From assembly GCA_963674745.2 (NCBI GenBank), contig CAXXDV010000001.1, positions 800,001-864,000 of the forward strand: 64,000 nt of DNA. The letters run 5' to 3'. The position numbers and the translations under genes were made by a program. The notes below the pieces were generated by a model. It did no database searches, was not told the DNA's origin, and saw only the letters and a program-made list of their open reading frames with translations. This DNA comes from Desulfosudaceae bacterium. Its GTDB lineage: Bacteria; Desulfobacterota; Desulfobacteria; Desulfobacterales; Desulfosudaceae. Below are positions 39,569 to 50,362 of the stretch, in pieces (position 1 is the first letter of the stretch; the number at the start of each line of letters is the position of its first letter).

Positions 39569-40747
39569 TTATTTTACCGCGTCAATGGCGCGCTTAAAGC
39601 CATCCGCCGCATTTTCAATGGTCTGATCATCAACGCAGAAAGCCAGCCGGAAATATCCCGGACCGCCGAACCCGCTTCCCGGTACCGCCAGGATCAGTTC
39701 CTGCTGAAGTTGCCGCACGAAGGCAACATCATCAGGCAGCGGGGACTTTGGAAAAAGATAAAAAGCACCGGCCGGTTTGACAAAATCATAACCGCAGTCC
39801 GATAGAATGCCGCACAGAGCCGCTCGCTTCTTCGCGTATTCACCAATATTGACGCGCTCGGCAGGCATCCGGGCCAGGACCCGCTGCATCAAGGCCGGTG
39901 CGTTGACAAAACCCAGCACGCGGTTGGTAAACACCATGGCCGCCAACAGGTCCTGCCTGCAGTTCGCCGCCGGATTGACGGCAATAAACCCGATACGCTC
40001 GCCGGGCAGCGACAGGGTTTTGGAATAAGAGGTCACAACGATACTGTCGGGGTATTTGTCGAAAATCCCGGGTACGGCGATATCGTCATAAACGATATCA
40101 CGGTAGGGTTCATCGGTTATCAGGTAAATGTAACGGTCATGGGCCCGGGATTTTTCGGCCAGCAGTTCGGTCAGCCGAACAATGGTATCGTGGGCATAAA
40201 CCACACCGGTGGGGTTGTTGGGGGAATTGATCAGCACGGCCCGGGTATTTTCATCGATGGCCGCCGACAGGGCGTCCAGATCAAGGTCAAACCCCTCCAG
40301 CGAAGGTACGGTGACCATCTGCCCGCCGTGATTTTCGATATAGAACCGGTATTCCACAAAAAACGGGGCCGATACCACCACTGTTTCACCGGGATTGAGA
40401 ATGGCCTTTAACACCACGTTTAGGCCGCCGGCGGCCCCGCAGGTCATGATGATATCTTCGCCGGATACCGGACAGCCCTGCTCCGCGGCCACCTGGGCAG
40501 CGACGGCCTGACGGGTTTCCGGATAACCGGCATTGGGCATATAGGCATGGTCAATTTCCCGGTCCTGCGCCACCTCGGCCAGGGCCTGCTTGAAACTGTC
40601 CGGCGGCGGGACATTGGGGTTGCCCAGGGTAAAATCAAAGACTTTATCCGCTCCATGGGTGGCCTTTAAAGCCGCGCCTGCTTCGAACATTTTCCGGATC
40701 CATGAGGCGGCTTGAAGAGAATCAGCGATACGTCCGGCTATCGTCAT
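39569..40747 (-). CDS. PLP-dependent aminotransferase class I/II (aspartate aminotransferase-like)
   Basis: NSPNNPTG, DEPY, SYSKTLSLPGERIG. Confidence 0.92.
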   Translation of the reverse strand: MTIAGRIADSLQAASWIRKMFEAGAALKATHGADKVFDFTLGNPNVPPPDSFKQALAEVAQDREIDHAYMPNAGYPETRQAVAAQVAAEQGCPVSGEDIIMTCGAAGGLNVVLKAILNPGETVVVSAPFFVEYRFYIENHGGQMVTVPSLEGFDLDLDALSAAIDENTRAVLINSPNNPTGVVYAHDTIVRLTELLAEKSRAHDRYIYLITDEPYRDIVYDDIAVPGIFDKYPDSIVVTSYSKTLSLPGERIGFIAVNPAANCRQDLLAAMVFTNRVLGFVNAPALMQRVLARMPAERVNIGEYAKKRAALCGILSDCGYDFVKPAGAFYLFPKSPLPDDVAFVRQLQQELILAVPGSGFGGPGYFRLAFCVDDQTIENAADGFKRAIDAVK

Positions 40748-40763
40748 TTCTACCCCCAACACC

Positions 40764-40905
40764 GGGCACCCCTAAAAATTGCCTTTTGGCCCGATGTCGG
40801 CGTTGTGCTCAAATTTTAATCCTCGAAATACGTCTATGTATTCCTCCGGTTAAAATTTTCGCACGCCTTGACCTCGAACCAAAATTCTAATTTTTAGTGA
40901 CACCC
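40764..40905 (-). repeat. ~142-nt long-hairpin/MITE-like element, copy 2
   Basis: Reverse complement of 7315-7457 with a few substitutions; TIRs gggcacccctaaaaatt / aatttttagtgacaccc. Confidence 0.85.
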
Positions 40906-40980
40906 TTATTATATTAAATTTTAACACATTATGATGAACCAGCAATTTCCCAGCTTTTGTTTCCATCATTTGATGGAGAA

Positions 40981-41009
40981 AGTCTAAAAAAACTTTATTT
41001 CTTTGTCAA
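40981..41009 (-). promoter_or_regulatory. Sigma70-like promoter for the aminotransferase-mce-mutase cluster
   Basis: Minus strand TTGACA-17 nt-TAGACT. Confidence 0.6.
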
Positions 41010-41024
41010 ACATTTTTTATCCGG

Positions 41025-42390
<1,366 letters not shown>

Positions 42391-43440
42391 TCACACGATG
42401 AGCATGGCATCGCCATAGCTGTAAAACCGGTATTCTTCAGCAATCGCTTCCCGGTAGGCGGCCAGCAGTTTTTCCCGGCCGCAAAAGGCCGACACCAGCA
42501 TCAGCAAAGTTGACCGGGGAAGATGGAAATTGGTGACCATGGCGTCCACGATGCCGAAAGAAAAGCCCGGGTATATGAACAGATCGCAATCCCCTTTTGT
42601 CGCGGTCACCGAACCCGTTGTTTTGTGAAGATATTCCAGCACCCGCACGACGGTCGTCCCTACGGCCACGACCCGGCCGCCGGCTGACCCGGCCCGGCTC
42701 ACGGCTAGGGCCGTATCCTGAGAAACCGAAAAACGCTCCCGGTGCATTTGATGCTGCCGGATATCCTGGACACGCACCGGCATGAACGTTCCGTAACCGA
42801 CGTGCAGCGTCAGGGGAACGACGGTCACACCAGCAGCCTTAATTTTATTTATCAGCTCGTCTGTAAAATGCAACCCCGCGGTGGGCGCGGCCACGGCCCC
42901 TTTCTCAGCGGCGTAAACGGTCTGGTAACAGGTGTGGTCATCACAAGGCGCCGGCTTATCGTTTCTGTGGATATAAGGGGGCAAGGGCACCCGGCCTTTT
43001 TCTCTCAAAAAATCGTCGACCTCAAAATCAGAACTGAAACGGATCCGGTACTGACCGGCCTCTCCGGACAGAACTTCCGCCGCCCAGACATCTTCAAACA
43101 CCAGCCGCATACCCGGCAGCAACCGCTTTGAGGACTTGACCAGGCAACGGCATACCGTTCCGTCAACCGTTTTTTCACCCGGATAATCGAGTATCAGGGC
43201 CTCGACAACGCCACCGGTTTCTTTTTTTCCCATGATCCGGGCCGGCACCACTTCGGTGTTGTTGACGACCATTACATCCCCCGGCGACAGGAAATCACAC
43301 AGGGCTGAAAAGCCGTGATGCGATATCCGGCCGGTGCGACGATCCAGCCGCAACAACCGGCTGGCGTCCTTCTGACGGGCCGGGACCTGGGCCACCAGGC
43401 GCTGGGGCAGGTCATAGTCGTAGTCGTCAATGGAAAACAT
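42391..43440 (-). CDS. queA: SAM:tRNA ribosyltransferase-isomerase
   Basis: PLPPYI, AAPTAGLHF, TNFHLPRSTL, YRFYSYGDAM. Confidence 0.97.
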   Translation of the reverse strand: MFSIDDYDYDLPQRLVAQVPARQKDASRLLRLDRRTGRISHHGFSALCDFLSPGDVMVVNNTEVVPARIMGKKETGGVVEALILDYPGEKTVDGTVCRCLVKSSKRLLPGMRLVFEDVWAAEVLSGEAGQYRIRFSSDFEVDDFLREKGRVPLPPYIHRNDKPAPCDDHTCYQTVYAAEKGAVAAPTAGLHFTDELINKIKAAGVTVVPLTLHVGYGTFMPVRVQDIRQHQMHRERFSVSQDTALAVSRAGSAGGRVVAVGTTVVRVLEYLHKTTGSVTATKGDCDLFIYPGFSFGIVDAMVTNFHLPRSTLLMLVSAFCGREKLLAAYREAIAEEYRFYSYGDAMLIV

Positions 43441-43465
43441 AATGAAAACAATCAGATTATTCGGA

Positions 43466-43651
43466 TCAGCAATTTCCGAAATACACCAGGCAAAGGCCGA
43501 GCACCATCAAGACCAGCCCGAAGCCTCTTAATAAGGACGGGTTCATATCCATCATTTGCGCCATCCAGACCTTGACTTTTTCCGGAAAGGCAAAGTACGG
43601 CAACCCTTCAATGATCATTACCATACCGATAACACATAAAAAAAACTTCAT
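43466..43651 (-). CDS. DUF2065 family small membrane protein
   Basis: IIEGLPYFAFP...LRGFGL pattern; two TM segments. Confidence 0.85.
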   Translation of the reverse strand: MKFFLCVIGMVMIIEGLPYFAFPEKVKVWMAQMMDMNPSLLRGFGLVLMVLGLCLVYFGNC

Positions 43652-43933
43652 TTTATATCCTGTTTGATCTGTTGCCGCTGCGCTTTTTCAGCCCGGACAC
43701 GGCTCTTCAGCAAACGGCCGTAGGGTTACCTTTATATCTTGGATTTCGGGTTTTTGTCAAAAAATAAACCCGCATTCAAAAAAACCAACAGATCTAAGAA
43801 CAACTGCCTAAAAAGCTTGGAGCACAAATACACTAAAATCCATTTATCATGGCACATCATATTGACAAGCATTTTGGTGGATACTGTCGTTATTCTTAAT
43901 CGGCCCTCGTGCCTAATGCTTTGATGCTTTTTC

Positions 43934-43967
43934 TTGACACAAGAAAGACGCATTGGTACAATTGTAC
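43934..43967 (+). promoter_or_regulatory. Promoter and palindromic operator of the PIN-Phd operon
   Basis: TTGACA(43934)-17 nt-TACAAT(43957); palindrome GTACAATTGTAC at 43956-43967. Confidence 0.75.
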
Positions 43968-43969
43968 TT

Positions 43970-44359
43970 ATGAAATTGATAGCAGACACAAACACTTTTA
44001 TTGCTGTGGCGCTCAATGAGCCGGAACGGGATGACATTATTAAACTGTCGAAAGGCTGCGACCTGATTGCCCCGGAAGTGCTGCCTTTTGAACTTGGTAA
44101 TGCCTTGACGGCAATGCTTAAAAAAGGAGTTCTGACGGCAGATGAAGTCACCGCGTCATGGGAAGCTGTTGGGCGCATACCGGTCGATTTGCGTCATATT
44201 GATATTGCGTCTGCCTTAAAAATTTCAACGACATTTAACATATATGCCTATGACGCCTATTTTTTAGAATGTGCGGTATGTCTGAAAAGTCCATTGATTA
44301 CGCTGGATACAGGCATGCAGCGAGTCGCTCGCCAGATAGGCATTCAGGTTCTGGAGTAA
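43970..44359 (+). CDS. PIN-domain (VapC-like) toxin
   Basis: ADTN, E-GNAL, YAYDAYFL and LITLD acidic PIN residues. Confidence 0.9.
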   Translation: MKLIADTNTFIAVALNEPERDDIIKLSKGCDLIAPEVLPFELGNALTAMLKKGVLTADEVTASWEAVGRIPVDLRHIDIASALKISTTFNIYAYDAYFLECAVCLKSPLITLDTGMQRVARQIGIQVLE

Positions 44360-44363
44360 CAAT

Positions 44364-44582
44364 ATGAAGGTATATAACTATTCAGAGGCCAGAAAGCGAC
44401 TGGCAGATGTACTCAACATCGCCAGAACAGAGGAAGTGATTATTAAAAGGCGGGACGGAGAATCTTTTTCAGTTATGTTGAAGAAAACCTCGAAATCACC
44501 ATTTGATGTCCAGGGCATTAAAACCCGGGCCACCACGAAAGATATTCTTGACGCCATCAAAGATTCACGATCACGCGGATAG
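44364..44582 (+). CDS. Phd/YefM family antitoxin
   Basis: YNYSEARKRLADVL...EVIIKRRDG. Confidence 0.88.
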   Translation: MKVYNYSEARKRLADVLNIARTEEVIIKRRDGESFSVMLKKTSKSPFDVQGIKTRATTKDILDAIKDSRSRG

Positions 44583-44782
44583 CTCACGCCTTTACCCGAT
44601 AGCCACGACCCGATTCCAACGTTCTGACTTCCGGTGGGAAAACCGGCACCAGGACAATCTCCTGGAAAGCGCGGGACACAATGCCCGCAAAAGTGAGCAC
44701 CAATTTCGAATCAAAGCACCTCGACCAGCAGCGTTTCAAAATTCGGCAGCAGGGCTCAAGGGCCAGCAGGCGCCATCATGCG

Positions 44783-47335
44783 CTAGTCGTGTTTTTCCGT
44801 TTCGTGGCCGGGCGTGTCCAGCCCTGCGCTGCGGGCGTCATCGGCCAGGCTGTCGGCAATGGTCGTGAGCCGGGCGGCCTTGCGGCCGGCTTGAACGGCA
44901 TGGTTTTTGGCGTCGATGATATCTTTGTCCAACTGCTGGATGACATCGGTTGGCTTGCCGGATTCCACGGCCTTTCGCCGGGCATGAATTTTTTCTTCCA
45001 CTTCGATGGATGCGTCTTCCGCGGCCTTTTCCGCTGCATGAGCCTTTTTCCGGGCATCGGCCAGGTGGTCCAGGAGCGCGGCCGCATCGCCGGCCGCTCC
45101 GGCTTCAGGCCCGGCGGACAGGTCAATGTCATTTGCCGCCAGCACCGCCGCGGTCACGGGCAGCTGCGGCAGAAGGTCCGCCAGCGGACCGCCGAAGATG
45201 TCCAGGGGCTGGTCCTGCCGCAACCGGAAGGGCAGCAGGACCAGGGTGGTGTTTTTGGAATAGGCCGCAACGGTTTCCGTATTTGCGCAGGCCAGGACCT
45301 CGGGTTCGGCCTCGATGCGGATATCCGCCAGGGTTTCGTGCAGATCGGCCACGGTCCGGCCGGTGGCAAGAGCATCTTCGCACACGTCCAGGACGCGGAT
45401 TTTCGCCCCTTCCCAGGCCCGGTTCTGCCGAATCATGTGGGCCAGCAGCATCATCAGGCGGCTGGTGGCGTCGCCGTGCCACCATACGTCTATACGACGC
45501 TTGTTGCCCGGGGTTTGCGTGAGGGCATCCCAGGCCGATGAATCAGCGGAAAGCAGCAACAGGTTGCATCCCTGCCGGAATCCGGTGCGCAGGTAAAGCC
45601 CGAACCGCCGGGTGCGATGCGCGGAGCGGGGCATGGCGTCGGGGTGGAGCCAGTTGGCCATGATGGTGTTGGCTTTCAGCGGGCCGATGCCGTAAGCCTG
45701 GACCAGGGTATGAATGGCCAGCCGGATATCCGGGCCGGTGACCACCAGGGGAAAGGCGTCCACGCCAAGGTCCTGAATGTCCTTCTGCAGTTCAGCGCGG
45801 ACGGCTTCTCGTTCCTTGCGGACTTTGGCGCCTTCGCCCTGGAGAATCCTGACCAGGGTGGCGAACCCGCTGTCGCCCTGAATCCAGCCGGCCATCTGCA
45901 GCAGGGGGATTCTCCGGTTCAGGTCATCGGAAAAAATCAGCAGGGCCGGCCGCCAGTCCCTCGGATGTTCGGGGGCTTCAGCGACCTCCAGCAGATGATT
46001 GCGGATTTGCTGAAACCGGTAGGAACGGCGGCTGTCCGCCCAGCGGGCCGGCCCGGCGGTGCGCTTAAGATACTGGTAAATGGCAAACAAAAAAGCAAGG
46101 GCCACGATGCCCGCCACAATGTCGATGGCCAGCATGACGCCCAGGCAGGCCAGTCCGCCGGCCAGACTCAGGCGTTTGTCGTAAAACCGGAAGGTGGGGC
46201 GGAACGAAGGGCTGGCGGACCGGGCCTCGAAATAGGTGGCGTAGTTGAGCAGGCCGTAGGAGATCAGGAAAAACATGGACACCACCGGCGCCACCAGGTT
46301 GAGGTTGCCAAGTGCGATGGTGATAAGCGCAATCGCACCGGAAAGCAGGACGCCCCGCCGGGGGTTTTGGGCCGGTCCCGCTCCCCTGGCAAAAGGCAGC
46401 AGCAGGGGGAATATCCGGTCCGCGGCCAGGGATTGAAGGATGCGCGGCGCGCCCATGAAAGACGCCATGCCCGATGACAGGGTGGCGGAAATCACACCGG
46501 CCAGCACCAGGGCATCTATCGCCGCCACCCGTTTCATGGCGTTGTAATCCGTGGCCAGGATGTCGCCGGGCAGGGCCGCAGCAAATATTACCGCGGACAG
46601 GAAATAGATGACAAGGGATACCCCGACAGCCGCGAATGTTCCGTTGGGAAGGCTTTTGCCCGGATCTTTCAGGTCACCGGACATGCTCACGCCCTGGGTA
46701 AACCCGGTCACCGCGGGAAAAAAGATGGCGAAAATCAGCCAGAACGGCGGGGCGTCGGCAGGCGCAGCCAGGTTCGCCACGAGGGTGGCTGTGTCCCAGC
46801 GCAGAAATCCGCCGATAAAAAAAGATATAATGGCTGCTGTCAGAATGGTCATAACCCCGAACTGAAAACGGACGGCCCAGTCCGCACCCAGCCAGGCAAA
46901 AACGAAAAGCAGCAGCACGGCCCCTGCGGCAATGATCTGGGGAAGCCCCTTCATGGTAAAGGGCACCAGCACGGCCAGGACCTCGCCGAAACCGATGCTG
47001 TAAAACGCAATGGACACCGACTGGGCCAGAAACAGCACGATGCCGATAGCGCCACCGAACTCCAGCCCCAGTGTCCTTGAAATCAGGTAATAATCCCCCC
47101 CGCCCTTGACCTTCAGGTTGGTGGCAACGGCGGCCAGAGAGACCGACGTGAGCACGGAAATCAGGTTGGCCAGGCCGATGATCAGCAGGGCCTGTCCCAG
47201 CCCGGCACTGCCGACGACGTAGCCCAGCCGAAGAAACAGAATAATCCCGAGGATGGTCAGAATGCTCGGCGTAAATACGCCTGAGAAGGTGCCCAGGGTA
47301 CCCCCGGACGGGGTGGTGACAGGGGGGTCATTCAT
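44783..47335 (-). CDS. APC superfamily permease, cation-chloride cotransporter (SLC12)-like
   Basis: GTFSGVFTPSILTILGIILFLR, GGGDYYLISRTLGLEFGG, FFPAVTG, large cytoplasmic domain with WRP. Confidence 0.85.
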   Translation of the reverse strand: MNDPPVTTPSGGTLGTFSGVFTPSILTILGIILFLRLGYVVGSAGLGQALLIIGLANLISVLTSVSLAAVATNLKVKGGGDYYLISRTLGLEFGGAIGIVLFLAQSVSIAFYSIGFGEVLAVLVPFTMKGLPQIIAAGAVLLLFVFAWLGADWAVRFQFGVMTILTAAIISFFIGGFLRWDTATLVANLAAPADAPPFWLIFAIFFPAVTGFTQGVSMSGDLKDPGKSLPNGTFAAVGVSLVIYFLSAVIFAAALPGDILATDYNAMKRVAAIDALVLAGVISATLSSGMASFMGAPRILQSLAADRIFPLLLPFARGAGPAQNPRRGVLLSGAIALITIALGNLNLVAPVVSMFFLISYGLLNYATYFEARSASPSFRPTFRFYDKRLSLAGGLACLGVMLAIDIVAGIVALAFLFAIYQYLKRTAGPARWADSRRSYRFQQIRNHLLEVAEAPEHPRDWRPALLIFSDDLNRRIPLLQMAGWIQGDSGFATLVRILQGEGAKVRKEREAVRAELQKDIQDLGVDAFPLVVTGPDIRLAIHTLVQAYGIGPLKANTIMANWLHPDAMPRSAHRTRRFGLYLRTGFRQGCNLLLLSADSSAWDALTQTPGNKRRIDVWWHGDATSRLMMLLAHMIRQNRAWEGAKIRVLDVCEDALATGRTVADLHETLADIRIEAEPEVLACANTETVAAYSKNTTLVLLPFRLRQDQPLDIFGGPLADLLPQLPVTAAVLAANDIDLSAGPEAGAAGDAAALLDHLADARKKAHAAEKAAEDASIEVEEKIHARRKAVESGKPTDVIQQLDKDIIDAKNHAVQAGRKAARLTTIADSLADDARSAGLDTPGHETEKHD

Positions 47336-47388
47336 TTTTTGTTTGTTTTATGATGTTTCGTTAATAATTTTGTTACATTATATCCATC

Positions 47389-47666
47389 TTGGCGAAATCA
47401 CTTGCCGGAGGGGCTTGCCGCTTTGAACTGGAAAACACCCTTCACCAAACGATCGACCTTGTCAACGCCAGGCTGGTTTCAACGGTACTGTAAAAGGAGA
47501 TCTTTTACGGCGATCTTGTCTACTGCTCGGATCGTCATGCCGTAGATGAATTCGAAATGCTGACCCTGTCCTATTACCAGAAATTAAATCGGGAACGCGC
47601 TACCATTCTCGACGAGTTTCACAAAACAGGCAGGGCCTATTCCGTATGAACGATATCGTCATTAAC
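47389..47666 (+). pseudogene. Remnant of a type VII TA pair: MntA-like C-terminal half with internal stop, plus the first codons of a HepT/DUF86 toxin
   Basis: IDLVNARLVSTVL*KEI...DEFEMLTLSYYQKLNRERATIL...GRAYSV*; TAA at 47491; ATGA-coupled MNDIVIN at 47646. Confidence 0.75.
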
Positions 47667-47676
47667 CGGCCTTTTA

Positions 47677-48465
47677 TTAATCTCCGTCGAGCAATCTTCC
47701 TATGCCGCCAAGAACGGAACCTTCGCCTTTATCGCTACCACCCATCTTTGGTGCATGCTGAATAACCCTGTCAGCCAATCTTGAAAATGGAAGGCTTTGT
47801 AAATATACCGTTCCTGAGCCCGAAAGCGTAGCCAGAAACAGACCTTCGCCACCAAAGAACATTGATTTCAGATTTCCGGCCCGTTGAATATCATAGTTGA
47901 TACCCGGGGAGAAGCCGACAATACAACCGGTATCAATACGCATCGTCTCATTATTCAACTCTTTTTTAACAATGGTGCCGCCAGCATGAACAAACGCCAT
48001 GCCGTCACCGATCAGGCGTTGAAGAATAAATCCTTCACCGCCGAAAAAGCCTGCGCCCAATTTCTGATTAAAGGCGATACTTACCTTGGTGCCCAATGCC
48101 GCACACAAGAAAGCATCTTTCTGACAAATCAGGTCGCCCCCAAAAGCAGCCATGTCAATCGGAATAATTTTCCCTGGATAGGGTGCGGAAAAGGCAACCC
48201 GTTTCTTTCCCTGCCCGCCATTAGTGAAATGCGTGATAAAAACAGACTCACCGGTGAGCGCCCGCTTTCCGGCGCTGAAAAGCTTGCCCATAAAGCCCTT
48301 TTCAGGTTCGGAACCATCTCCCATCTTGGCTTCAAATTCAATTCCGTCTTCCATCCAGTTCATGGCGCCGGCTTCAGCAATAACCGTTTCACCCGGATCA
48401 AGTTCAACTTCCACTACCTGCATATCATCGCCAAAGATTTCATAATCAACTTCATGACATTTCAT
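47677..48465 (-). CDS. TIGR00266/AIM24 family protein
   Basis: [23 protein letters not shown] twice, [19 protein letters not shown] before 48465. Confidence 0.9.
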   Translation of the reverse strand: MKCHEVDYEIFGDDMQVVEVELDPGETVIAEAGAMNWMEDGIEFEAKMGDGSEPEKGFMGKLFSAGKRALTGESVFITHFTNGGQGKKRVAFSAPYPGKIIPIDMAAFGGDLICQKDAFLCAALGTKVSIAFNQKLGAGFFGGEGFILQRLIGDGMAFVHAGGTIVKKELNNETMRIDTGCIVGFSPGINYDIQRAGNLKSMFFGGEGLFLATLSGSGTVYLQSLPFSRLADRVIQHAPKMGGSDKGEGSVLGGIGRLLDGD

Positions 48466-48914
48466 AGGAGCCTCCTGACAGTGTTGTTGGTAATAAAACA
48501 CATTATGCAATTCAAACCATCCGCACAACATAAAAGTATTATCAACATCATCCGGAAGTGTAAACACCATGCGCAACCGGCCTTCCTGGTCCTTTTCCAG
48601 GCATTCCGCCAGTTTTTCCTTGACAACAGCCGTTAAGCCGTCGCCTTTTTCGTCCACCACCCGGTACCGGTTATAAAAACGGAAGGCTGGCCCCAGGCGC
48701 CGGTCGTCGATGAACGCCACTACGGAAAACAGAACTTCGATAATTCCATGAATAAACGGATTGATCAACCATCATGACACCCTCTTAACGGCTCCGGAAC
48801 CACCCTTAAAAAGGCCCCAAAAAGATCTTGACTATTGACCGGCCCTGATAGAGCATAACAGCCATGAAAGACCTGCGTAACCATTATAAACATTAACAAA
48901 ACAAGGTTTGAAAA

Positions 48915-50348
48915 ATGGACTTTGAACCGGTTATCGGGCTGGAAGTGCACGCCCAGCTCAAGACCGACACAAAAATATTCTGCAGTTGTTCCACCACTTT
49001 CGGCGCCGCGCCCAACTCCCATACCTGTCCGGTGTGTACCGGCATGCCGGGATCTTTGCCGGTATTGAACAAAAAGGCGGTCAGCTTTGCCCTGAAGATG
49101 GCGGCTGCCACCGATTGTGTGATTGCCGGTGTCAGCCGGTTTGCCCGGAAAAACTATTTTTACCCCGACCTGCCCAAAGGGTATCAGATATCCCAGTACG
49201 AACTGCCGCTGGCGGAACACGGCCGGGTGGTTATCGACACGCCCGATGGTGAAAAAGAGATCCGGTTGACCCGGATTCATATGGAAGAGGACGCCGGCAA
49301 ACTGATCCATGACGATGGCAGGGGGGTGTCTTACGTGGATTTAAACCGGACCGGCACCCCCCTGATCGAAATTGTCAGTGAACCGGACCTGCGCACCCCG
49401 GAAGAGGCGGGCGCATATTTGAAGGCCTTGAGATTGATTCTCCGTTACCTGGACATTTCCGACGGCAATATGGAAGAAGGCAGTTTCCGCTGTGATGCCA
49501 ATGTGTCTGTCCGGCCAAAAGGGGAAACGACACTGGGCACCCGCACGGAACTGAAAAACCTGAACTCCTTCAAGCATGTCGAACAGGCGATTGCCTACGA
49601 AATCAAACGGCATATCAATGTTATCCGGGAGAACGGACAGGTGGTGCAGGAAACCCGTCTCTGGGATGCCGCTAAAATGATCTCCCAGTCCATGAGAGGT
49701 AAAGAAGAAGCTCATGATTACCGGTATTTTCCCGACCCCGACCTGGTCCCGCTGGCCGTGGACGACGCCTGGGCCAAAACCGTCAAGGACAACCTGCCCG
49801 AACTTCCCCGGGAAAAACGCCGACGCTTCATGACCGATTACAACCTGTCCGAGGCTGACGCTGAAGTACTGACATCTTCCCTTGCCCTGGCCGACTATTT
49901 TGAAGCCTGTGCGTCAGAGGCGAAAAACGCCAAACAGGCCGCCAACTGGGTAATGGGAGACATGCTGGGCCTGCTCAACGCCCGAAGCCTGAGCATTGAA
50001 AATCCGCCGATTGAAGCGGCTCAACTGGGGACCCTGGTCCGACTTATCCAGGAAGGGGTCATCAGCGGCAAAATCGCCAAAACCGTGTTTGAAAAAATGG
50101 CGGATACCGGCCATACGCCTGAAGCCATCATCAAAAAAGAAGGCTTGGTGCAGATGACCGACATGGACGAACTTTCGGCCGTGGTGGAATCGGTCATGGC
50201 GGAAAATCCGGGCGAAGTGGAGAAATACAGAAGCGGCAAGACCAAGGTGATCGGGTTTCTGGTCGGCCAGGTCATGAAAAAAACCGGGGGCAAGGCCAAT
50301 CCCCAGGCGGTCAACGCCCTGCTGGCCGAAAAGCTGACCGAAAAATAA
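48915..50348 (+). CDS. gatB: Asp/Glu-tRNA amidotransferase subunit B
   Basis: [41 protein letters not shown]. Confidence 0.98.
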   Translation: MDFEPVIGLEVHAQLKTDTKIFCSCSTTFGAAPNSHTCPVCTGMPGSLPVLNKKAVSFALKMAAATDCVIAGVSRFARKNYFYPDLPKGYQISQYELPLAEHGRVVIDTPDGEKEIRLTRIHMEEDAGKLIHDDGRGVSYVDLNRTGTPLIEIVSEPDLRTPEEAGAYLKALRLILRYLDISDGNMEEGSFRCDANVSVRPKGETTLGTRTELKNLNSFKHVEQAIAYEIKRHINVIRENGQVVQETRLWDAAKMISQSMRGKEEAHDYRYFPDPDLVPLAVDDAWAKTVKDNLPELPREKRRRFMTDYNLSEADAEVLTSSLALADYFEACASEAKNAKQAANWVMGDMLGLLNARSLSIENPPIEAAQLGTLVRLIQEGVISGKIAKTVFEKMADTGHTPEAIIKKEGLVQMTDMDELSAVVESVMAENPGEVEKYRSGKTKVIGFLVGQVMKKTGGKANPQAVNALLAEKLTEK

Positions 50349-50362
50349 TCACAGGGTGACCC

